From the NCBI GenBank assembly GCA_021432655.1, contig MU271673.1, forward strand, positions 1-33,289: 33,289 bases of DNA, given 5' to 3'. A program made the translations under genes and the position numbers. Position 1 is the stretch's first letter, and each line of letters begins with the position of its first letter. A model generated the notes under the pieces. It was not told the origin of the DNA and ran no database searches. It saw only the letters and a list, made by a program, of their open reading frames with translations. Source of the DNA: Atractiella rhizophila (taxonomy: Eukaryota). Shown one piece after another: positions 1 to 10,106 of the stretch.

Positions 1-621
1 GGGGAGAGAAGAGGTGTTGGAAGGACAGGGAATTCCCCAAAGTGGTGTCGAAGCAGTAGACGGGAACCATGACTCTAACGGAGGAGTCATCGTATCCACA
101 ACAGGAACGAAACACGTGACACAACTGTCCAGAGTTACAGACGGGCAAGAAAAGGAGGGAATTAGCTCCCAAACAGATATATCCAGCAATGTATGAATGT
201 TCTTTCAGTACCGGCAATGCAAGGTGACCCATGAGTGGAAGCATCTGTCGGGGGATCTTTTATAGTAAGAAGGATATGTGAAACTCCTCGTTCTCTAACT
301 TCTCCTTTCAGCTCTCACCACTTTCGCACAGTGATGAAAGGATGTCTGTTAACATTAATGGTTAACCCACTCTGACCCCTTTCCTAAATCCAAGGAAGGA
401 GGTTCGCAACCGTCCGCGAAGTCTGTTGTGATTGAGCTTTTATCGCCCGTCGACCTAGAGGAAAGTTATGTGCAGTTCAAGGATTCATCAACATCCCTTC
501 CCATCGGTCTGTTGGTATCAAGTTATGTGTTCAAACGGACCTACAGCAGGCATAATTGCTTAGCTAGAAAGCGTGCTGACTACTTCTTCTTTACAGTGAC
601 ACCATTTTGATAAACTCTGCT

Positions 622-2144
622 TCATCTCTTCGTCTTCCGCATCTGCTGCGGCTTCAAGTCTATCTGCAGATCAACCCTTCGCCAACATGATGAATGATCT
701 GCAGCTGACCTTTTTTCCAGGTTCGTATCTGCCTCAACATTAACTATCACATCCGCATAAGTAGCTTCCATCCCTCCATCTATTCGCCTCCCTCCACTGC
801 GAAGATGTGCATCCGGCAGTTCAGCAACATCAGGCTTGAAAAGATTCCGAAACTTAGGGCCTGTATTACTCTGCCCATGCGTGGCACTGGCTTTGCTACC
901 GTCTGGTGAGTTTGCAACAGACCGAAGGTGGAGCACGATGCGAGAGGCCATCATTGTCGTGAATATTATGGCAAGCGATGAGTTTAGACCTGGGATGAGC
1001 ACCGAGGGAATACTGTTCGCAGAATCCGTTTAGGAGAGCAATTTGGACGCAAAGATGCGAACAGGAATACGTACCAGAAATAAATCAGATTAATCAGGTT
1101 GCAGGCAAATACGATAATGAAATAGAGGACGCCATCGCGCAAGAAGATTGAGAGGAGGCGCGATGGAAGTGTAGTGCCACAGTAAGTGAGGACGGGTCTT
1201 GTAATGGCTTAGCAACTAGTTAGCCGAAGAATGACACGACACACTTGAGCATGAATATCGTTGCTGTTGTGTCGTAAAGGAGAAGCGGGAGCCTATGCTT
1301 TCCATCAACAATCTAATCCCGATTTCAGCGGAAACAAAAACCAAAAGGCCCATTGATTACTTTTGGAAAAGTCAGCTTGTCATACTGGACTGAGGATGAA
1401 TCACTTCTGATCTGCTCTAACAGAGAGACAGCCCCTTAGACCAGGCGGTCTATGACACTCATCAGTCATTGTCTCCTCTAACTTGAAAGACGCACAAAGG
1501 CAGGGCCATGTTGTGAGTAACTGACCAGACCTGAACAGTTGCACCAGCAATAGCGAGAATTCCGAAGAAGTAAGCAATCCATGTACGTCTGTTCCACATT
1601 ACCCACACTCTTGCGCCAAAGAGGAACTCGCAGCCCACTGCACCATATCACATGGGTCAATTTGTGAATTTGTATAGAGGAGGGGAATGCACGAAAGACA
1701 AAGATGCCAGCCACAGGTACAAGAACCTGAACCTTGTCGCACGTTTTCGGGGCGAATTCCAACCACGCAAAACACATCGTCAACACAACACTGAGAAGGC
1801 TCCAGTATCTTTACGTTTCTCGCTTGAGTCTACGACGTGCGGAGAGAAGTTGGAGAAAGACGCACCGGTTGAAGAAGAACGCGAATCGGACTGGCGTCCA
1901 ACGCTGAGCCTTCCACATGGTTGTGTATTCGTTTGGGAAAGTGAGAACGAAGTCCCAACAGTAGATTGCAAAGCAAGCTGTCGCTTCAGTTCAGTCCAGT
2001 TGGCATGATGAAGCGAGAGCGCGAACCAGTCATATAAGTACGGTTAGCAGAAAGTGCTTCCTCCAGAGATGCGCGTTGGAGAGCCAGCGCAAGCTGTTCT
2101 TCCAAAGTAAGGTCGGGACCCGTTTCAGAAGAGGAGGGTGACAT
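622..2144 (-). CDS. Multi-exon membrane protein, DUF6533-type (basidiomycete multi-pass family)
   Basis: Spliced minus-strand reading: MSPSSSETGPDLTLEEQLALAL...(intron)...ACFAIYCWDFVLTFPNEYTTMWKAQRWTPVRFAFFFNR, matching the DUF6533 'YDxxLTxxxExxxIW' pattern. Later IFLRDGVLYFIIVFACNLINLIYF and IIFTTMMASRIVLHLR, the typical C-terminal motifs. ATG at 2144, TGA at 622-624. Internal exon boundaries only partly resolved. Confidence 0.8.
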
Positions 2145-3479
2145 GTCTCCTTTTGTCACTGGATGATTGCTAGATAGGTCAAACGCTTCGGCGCTTCTGC
2201 GCTTCAGCTGAGTGGAGAGGCGCGCTCCTTAAAACTTGTGTGTGTGAATGAATGAATGATCTGGAACCTCTGCATGATGCTCTTAGACTTTCAGGCACCA
2301 CATGAAGCGCACGATGAAGGATTCGGGCACGATGAAGAATTCGGATGAGAAACCCACCTATTGACTGAGGATAAAGAATCGACCACCTCCACTTCGAAGC
2401 ACTCTATCGCCGTATTCGGCTCAGCCGATAGTTGGTCCCAGACTTCTGCAGGCACAAGAACAATCAAAGCAACTCTGGGAACAACCTTCAGTACGTCTCC
2501 TTCTGCCCGTTTCGGTGGATCGTTCTTTCTTCTGCTGTGTTCAATCGAGCCAAGAACATGCTCGCATCTCAGCGCAACCCCTTGACTCGTATGCATCATG
2601 GGAAAACACCCACCCCATACACTAACTCTCTTTATTCCATGAAAGAATACAGAGCACGAAAACTTTCACGGCACCTTCCACCCCATGGTAGAGGATTCAG
2701 CAAGCATTTTCACATGCTATCCCAGGACGCAACACTTTGCGACCAGTCAAGACAATACACAGGAAATAACGTTGAGTGATACAGTCCTTAGGACTCAGTT
2801 CCCCATGATGAGGAAGTGTCATGTATCTTGAAGCCTGGCCACTTAGGCTAACCAGCTTGACCTGTATTCGTCCCGCAACGCGTTATTCGTTCCCCACACG
2901 CTTTCGTCGCACCAACCGCTGCTTCCCTTATTCTGAGTCTGAGGGTGAACGATTGTGATAAACGTCCATCGGACTCTGCAAACTCAGCGGGATGCTCAAC
3001 TTGTGGTGAATAAAATAGGAATATAAAGTAAAGGATGGAAAGATATACATACTCAGAAGGACGCAATCCCTGGACGACGCTAAATCCCATCATAGCAATC
3101 CATATGAACGTTCTCGCATTCAACCCAGAACGAGAAGTATGCCCGGGGAGCCTCAAAAAGACAAACTGATCGACGACCCCGGATGAGGTAACGCCGCGAG
3201 GGCGATGGAAGGGGAGGGAATGGCGACGTTCTTTGGTACATCCGAAGGAGCAACTGCAGGGCAACTAAGAGGCATTCACACTCTTTCGCCCTGCAGAACG
3301 GCGCCGTTTACTGCATACGTAGTCAACCAGCCCAAGTTATTGGCTGACTTCATTGGGAAGGGATGTAAGAGAAGAGGATCATGATGATTACTCGGATCAC
3401 TCGTAAAGTTCAAACAAGTTGTGTCACGTGGTCGGGTAGGGGGAACGCTCTTCCAAGACCATCGAAAATCCTGTGACAT

Positions 3480-4173
3480 TACAGCTCGCTCCTCTTCCTT
3501 TTTTATTCGCTCCCGCGCCTCCATTAGTGCCTTACCCAAAAGATTACTTCCCCAACTGTCCTTCCCTCTTTCCAGCCCTTCAAACACTTCCGCTCTCCAT
3601 ACCCTATTCCCAGGCTCTATCCCTTTACCTCGGCTACAACACGGTTATAGTTACAATCAGCGGGGGTTCATGATCAAAAGAGAAGCATTCGAACCTAGAT
3701 GCTCCCGATTACCTGTTGGCAATAGCTTTGCTTTCACGCTTCCAGTAGCTCCTTCAGCCACCGCCTCTCTTCTCCACCGCTTTTCTTCCACAGTATTAGA
3801 CACCCTGCTCTCCTGGCTTTCGCATGTCCGCTGGATAATGCGGTGCCAATATCTGTCTCGCAGTTTCCGTTGTGGCAGGCACAAACATGTACAATCCATA
3901 GAATGAATACTGACACTGATCCATCATCTTCACTCAGGTCCAATCCCCACATCGAGAACCGCTACACTGTACCCAAACAAGACAATGTTGAAGTATGCCA
4001 TGTACCTTAACAGTGCTTTCAGCGATCGCACCTGATGATACGGCAGAAAGCACGCACTGTACAGGTATTGAACCAGTAATGTCAGAAGAATTCCAAAGAA
4101 AGGAAGGAACAGGGTCTAGGAAGCTGTGGTAGTACTATTGAGAGAAGTGTCCGTGAGGAGCCCAGAAGATCAT
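3480..4173 (-). pseudogene. Degenerate NADAR (YbiA-like) domain gene
   Basis: Collinear NADAR-like fragments in different frames: MIFWAPHGHFSQ*YY (TAG at 4135-4137 where FSQWY has Trp), Q|YMAYFNIVLFG, TARQILA, VKAKLLPTGNREHL, RDRAW/GIGYG (frameshifted), WGSNLLGKALMEARERI. Stop plus several frameshifts. Confidence 0.65.
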
Positions 4174-4544
4174 GGCTCCATTTTGTGTTAGTATTCTTTA
4201 CAACTGAAGAAGGAGGGACACAGAAATATACCTTCTTAGCGCCAATCATAACTCTGCACTACGTTCAACTTTGATTTGAGCCGGGACATCTCACCACTGA
4301 ACGAGCAAACTTAGAGAGGCTCGGTGTCGTACTCGGAAATATGCGTCCTTCAAGTTGTGGCGCATAAATCATCCTTTCCTTTCCATTCTCTCTCCTTCCT
4401 TTCCTCTCGATGGTCAGCGGTCTAAGCGATGGAGACTCGAATTTTGATCAAAAATTGGGCATATTGAGCCTTGTTCGAGATGGAATATACTAGTTGTGGA
4501 GACAGCTTCAAGAAAGATTCCGATATGCATTTTGACCAAGCTAG

Positions 4545-6262
4545 TCAAGTAGAAACAAACGTTGCACCATCAAGACCATGTTCAAGCTTCAGCTTCAGCT
4601 TCAATGTGTCTTTAGCGTTCATCCTTTCATCCGGCCAGATTCTCATCAATCCTTCAAGCAGCTCCTCGATCCCCTCATGAACGAAGGGAAAACATAAATT
4701 CGTCTTTGAAGCACCTTTTGAGTAATCTAGATTAGGCTCACACCCTTCGAGGAAGGTAGGAGCTCTACCCATCCCTCTCATTCTACACGTTGTCACAAAA
4801 TCTGAAAAGGAACGGTGAGCGGGACGAAGGGTCTTGTGTTTCGGTATTCGGTGATGGAGCGTCGAGCTGCGTTCCTACTTAGTATTTCGAAGAATGGAAC
4901 GGCAGAAGAAGTGTACTTAAGGAGATCATACAGCTCATCTGGTACACTGTAGTTCACTGCTGCTTCCTTGCCCCGTTCCTCTAAGTCTTCCATTAAAGCT
5001 TCCAAGTCATCCGTTCCAAACTTGAAGCATTGCATCTTCAACTCTTCGGCTTCATTAGAGGCGTGAAAGAGAGCGGTCCCCGGTTCAAAGCGGAACCACT
5101 ATGATGCTTCTTCAGCGTCAAAGAATATGAGGTCAGCAAAACGCACAAGCTCTGCTATTGTGCATCCTGCAGCCCACATGTCCATTGAAGAGTGTACCAA
5201 AGGCCAACAAAATAGTGACTCAGGAGGTCGGTAGCTTGCTGTCCCCAAGCGCTTGAAGGGTGACTTCGTGGGTCTGCATACCCCTTTGTCCTGCCCAAGC
5301 GAGACGGACAAACCAAAATCGCATAATCGAAGCTCGTACTTCGATTGTGTTGATGTAGGTGAGGAGGAGGCTGGAATGGAAGAGGAAGGTGTGACAAGTA
5401 TATTCTCCCATTTGAGGTCGAGGTGAGCAATACCGTGAGAATGGATGAAAGAAAGGGATTGAAGGAGTTGGCTCGTTATCGATCCCATCTGATCGATTCT
5501 TGATCAGATGTAGTCCTCAATGTGGAGAAAATGGAACACACCTCTGTGCAGGTCAACGTTGTTCTGCGAACGTCTATAGACTGAAAATAAGGCGTCACGA
5601 AACCCCCTATGAATTGCTATAGTCATCATCGACACATATCACTCAAGGACGAGAGCGAGGACTTGAATCTCACAGCTTTATGGTCCGTGATGACTTGAAT
5701 CACTTCGGGAACCCAGCCATGCTCTTGTTTTCTTTGTTCTCTCCCCAACTCACTCAGTAACCTACAATGTTCAATTTCTCTCTTCTTCCATCCTTCCGAC
5801 GGGCCATTTCGCACGCGCTTGAACAGCTAAAGCAGGGTCGAAATGTCAGTTGTGTGCTACTGAGAAAAGAAGCGAAAGGCGAACCTTGAGTGCATAATGC
5901 TGTCCACCTCCATCACCGGCAGTGAACAAAGTACCCCTGAAAACAACAGCATACGTCCCATTTGCTGTCGCCTTCACCCTTGCATAACCGTGCGACTCTA
6001 CCAGATCACTAGGCAGATTCCAAGCGGCTAGCAAGGAAGGAGGGTCGGGGACGGGTGCGCGGGTTGAAAGAGGAAGGGCTTTGAGTGAGGACGAGGCAGC
6101 GCGTCCCATCGCCTTCGTTTTCGCGTCTGATGATGGTTTAATGAGAGATCGAGAGATTGAACGAGAGATGACATGCAGATTTGAAGGATTGAGCCGTTTG
6201 GGCGATTTGGATGGTTGACGCATGGGCTGCAGGGCGAAACAGTTGTTTGCACCAGAGGGCAT
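4545..6262 (-). CDS. Ser/Thr protein kinase, CMGC-like, non-RD; multi-exon; start codon uncertain (ATG at 6337, 6262 or 6223)
   Basis: ANGTYAVVF (Gly loop), YALK, KREIE (alphaC Glu), HLDLKWENILV, LCDFGLS, GTASYRPPE, DMWAAGCTIAEL, LLEGLMRIWPDERMNA. ORF breaks are explained by GT-AG introns, e.g. GTGCGT...CATAG after IAEL. TGA at 4545-4547. Confidence 0.88.
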
Positions 6263-7562
6263 AGGTGACGCTTGTATGCAGCAACAAAGGCTCCAGGACA
6301 AGGGTACAAGGGGCACATTGATAACAATGCTTGTCATTTGTTCTCTCGGTGCGTTGAACTCCAGAAACTGTTGGAAATGGAATTGCGCTCGACTAGAATG
6401 CACTCCGACAAGATGTTACAGTCCTCTTCCCTAGCGAAATGCGAGAATCCGAAAAGACTCATAGTATTTGGGAAGATTTATTGCCCGCTTTTTCACAACA
6501 CATCAAACCGAGACGCAAACAGAGGATGGGCACCTACTGTTACTACATTGCGAGATTTAAATATGGTCGGAAGCATCATCCTCGAGACTGTGAGAGACCG
6601 AGTCGACACCAGTAGGACTTATGTTGTAATCTTAACGCGACGCATCGCGCAACACATTGTATGTTAATGAAACCAATGCGGAAAGTTGAAGTATTTAATT
6701 CTCAACTTCAAAAATGTAGGTGCATGACAGACCGCACTTTGATACCTTGGAACGGTAAATGTGCAGGTTCAAAGACTTAAAAAAAGTTGAAGCAACAGCT
6801 GGGAACAGAATAGCGAGGACTTCTGGTCTGATAGTTCTGATAAAAGTGTGGGAAATACTGAGCACGGTCAGAAAGACAGAATCCATTCCCATCAGCAAGA
6901 CCAGGTATTGCTCTCCCAGGCTCCGAACGAAGAGATTACCGATAGTTATATTTTACGTGCAGCCTGAAGCTTTGACGGTCCGAGGCAGGCTTCCAGATAC
7001 TTTCTACTTCCCGGCCGCCCATTTATTGCAACCAAGGGAGAAGGAGAAAGGAGGGAACTGGTCGAAGATGACGATTACGACTGATTGACTCTCGTGCATT
7101 GCTTCTTTGTTTTTCAGTAGGTGTGGTGATATGTGCTACTAGTAGTATATTTTGCTCTTGTGCTTTCATTGTAATTGGACGCGTCCTGCGTTGTTTTAGA
7201 CGTTGTCATGCGGGTTTCGACGCATCCCTTAACGCCTTGCCTTCTGCTTGACTTTTGATCATATCGTTCCGCTCGGTGAGATTTGGAAAATCCTCAACAA
7301 CATGGCAACACTGCCGTGTACCACACTTTGTCGAAGCATGATCCATAGAACATGGGATGTGTTGAAGTTCAACTAGTCGTTCAAATAGCTTGCCTGCACC
7401 GGCTGCATATTCAATATCTAGTGAACTTTCAATGCCATCATAATAAACTTGAAATCGCTCGACAAATCATATATCCAGGAGTGCACTGCAACCCTTAGAT
7501 TAAGAAATAAAGACTAAGTGCTACTACCTCCCAACTCCGATTTTGGTGGCTCCGACGTAGTA

Positions 7563-10106
7563 TTAACCTACGAATTTACAAGTAAAGCTCTCGGCCTTGT
7601 TGGAATCTCCTCCAATGTATACACCGTCTTGAGGATATGGGCAAAGCTTCCTTTCGAATTTAACGCCTTCATTTTTATTGTCCTATCAATCTTTGTCAGT
7701 CCGTCGCCACTGTTGAGAGGACGACGACGTACGTTAATGTATTTGCTACCGATTATTTCATTGGGAGCGACCCCTTTCTCCGTCCACTGCATTAGTGCCA
7801 GTATCGCATCGTGTTGTGCATCGAAGACTGAGGATTGCAATGATCCGTTGATCGATAGGTCGCTCTGTCCCGGTCCTCCGAAATTGTATGCTCCATTCCC
7901 ACTTCTGCAATGGCTGGATAGACCACAATGTTTGTCACTGCCCTATATTTGAACCAAGCAAATTGGCTTACAGCATTCCAGGAACTAGACTGGAGTGTGA
8001 GCAGCGATGTTATTACATGAGGATGACGGCATACCTGCGAACAGCCTGTAGCTCTTGCTAATGTCAAATCCTTTGAGAGCCGTCCTAACGCGCTCGTAAT
8101 ACCAGAGAGAGCTTCCCGATCTGTTTCTCCGCTGTAAGCTGCTGAAAAATGGCTCTGAACTGCGGAAACTTACGGTATCAGTGTATCTAGATTTCCTCAG
8201 CCGGAATTTAATATTGAAGGCGAGGAAGATGCTCACCAGAAAGTCCAACGAAAGTCATAAGTTTACCTCTCTTTAGAAAATCCTTGATATTTGGATCTAT
8301 GGCATTTGTTTGACCAGGATCGGTGACGTCCGCGATTCTTGTGAGGCGAAGCAGCTCTGTATCATTTGCAGAAAAATTTCCAACAGTCGTCTCGTTCAAG
8401 ACCTTTCTCTAACTTCAGCCCACAATTTATGCTGTTGGCGCATAAGCTACCTGATACCTGAAATAGTCAGCTGCACGGTGGCGTTAGCAAACTAACTTCT
8501 GCGAGATATCAAAACACTGACGGGCAGGACCAAAAGGGACTCCTGTGACACTGAACGCGTCCGAGTAGCCCTCAGAACCTGGTTCGAAGCCGAAAAACAT
8601 GAGCTCGCCGTTATCTTGCGCTGTCCAGTTTGCCCAAACGTTCTTCATGGTCTCGAGCTTGGCAGCTGACAGCTGGCCTTCGAGAGGACTGAGGTCAGGA
8701 TGACATTTTCGGGGATTGACGATTATCCCATCCTCCACCCCATCGAGCCCGTCGCATTGCTGCAACACTAAAGCTCCAATAGTGGCGTAATCTTCAGTTG
8801 TTAAGTGACCGGCAGAGTTAACTGGATTTGTGATCGCATTGACACGGTCTGCATCCTGAAGTGAGTGCTGGGACGTTAGGAGCATGGGGATTACATGTCC
8901 ATCCATTTAGATGCGGCCACCATTGAGCGGCGGCACCTTTTTACAGAGATGTCAGTTCAAAATTCTTGAATGGAATAACCGTACCAGCCAGAATGCCGTC
9001 ATAGTCATCAGGAAACATTTGCGCTTCTTTCAAACCTTGCTTTCCACCGCTTGAGCATCCCAGCCAATAGGCATATTTGGGCTTAGAGCCATAGTATGCC
9101 TAAAGCAGCATCCTATGAATTCCGGATAACACGCAGAACTCTCGAACCTTGGCAATAGCCTTTGCATAAACAGTGCTCAAGTGGACAGCTCTCCAACCGA
9201 AGTCGATCTGAACTTGGTCTCCCAAAAGAGCAAAGCTGCCATCGGAGCCTGTCAGAAGCTGACTTAGTGCGTCCATGGTTTGCTCAGATCAGATGGGAAC
9301 TTACCAGTGCCGTTATGTCCAGCATCTGTACTGGCAACTGAGACATCCCGCAAAGCACATCAGCTGCAAGGACGCCGCGGACAACAATAAGGATTTACCT
9401 GCGAAGTGATACTTGCTCAAGGGGATACCCTACCCTCTGATTCAACAAAAAGCGACAGTGAAGCTTTCAGCCTTACCATATCAGGATAATTGATTCCTCC
9501 TGCGTCTCCGCCATTCCCAACAAACGCAAATCGCCCATTCCATTCTTCAGCGGTTGGCAACCATATTTCGAAGCGCGTCTAGAAGGGGATAAGACGTTCA
9601 TTTCACTTGCTTAAATACAAACGAGACATTTTGTGGAGTACTCACCTTTGATGAATTAGACGTTTTGATCTCTCCACCGTATCGACAGAACGCGCTGAGA
9701 TTAGGAACGGGAGTATTGTAACCTGGAATATCTGCAGTGCTCAAACTTCTGTTACCTTTGGGCATCTACCAAAGGAGGCATGAAACTCACTAGTTGGGTC
9801 AGTGAAGGTGGTCCCAGCAGGATAATCTTGCGCTACATGACTGGTCAAATTGGGAAGGAGGAGCGGAGCGAGTTGAAAAAGCGAGGAACAGGAATGACTG
9901 GAGTTCAAGAGTTTCATGTTGGAGAGAAACACTGCTTGGGACATCGCAATCCTACTCTGGCCTTTAAGGCATGCTTCAAAACCTTGGGAAAGCTCTTTCC
10001 AGCCGGGAAATCTATCTGCTCTGTTAGTCTGAGGGAGCACGAGGGTGTTGGAGGTGGAGACGGCTGGAGCGGAGATGCAGGAAGAATCCAAGCTTAGAAA
10101 CTTCAT
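7563..10106 (-). CDS. Tannase / feruloyl esterase family protein (PF07519-like), many introns; 5' end uncertain
   Basis: Spliced motifs: AFCRYGG, FEIWLPTAEEWNGRFAFVGNGG, ASTDAGHNG, DFGWRAVH, YWLGCSSGGKQGLKEAQMFPDDYDGILAG (nucleophile CS motif), CDGLDGVEDGII, YRLF...HCRSGNG, ALMQWTEKGVAP, RKLCPYP. TAA at 7563-7565. Confidence 0.92.

Noticed and set aside
1..244. Minus-strand frame open from ATG 244 off the window edge, with TATAAAA near 258-264
   Set aside because: No recognisable motif and truncated by the window; cannot be supported as a gene.
2296..2600. Short direct repeat GCACGATGAAG(G/A)ATTCGG x2 and exon-like sequence ending in a GTACGT donor
   Set aside because: Only two 18-bp units, stops in the plus frames and no identifiable product; not CRISPR-like.
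4135..4137. TAG at a conserved Trp as a candidate A-to-I editing-rescued stop
   Set aside because: The same gene has several frameshifts that editing cannot fix, and such editing is documented in ascomycete sexual stages; decay is simpler.
6420..7500. Short ORFs between the kinase and tannase
   Set aside because: No motifs or consistent exon chain; treated as intergenic.
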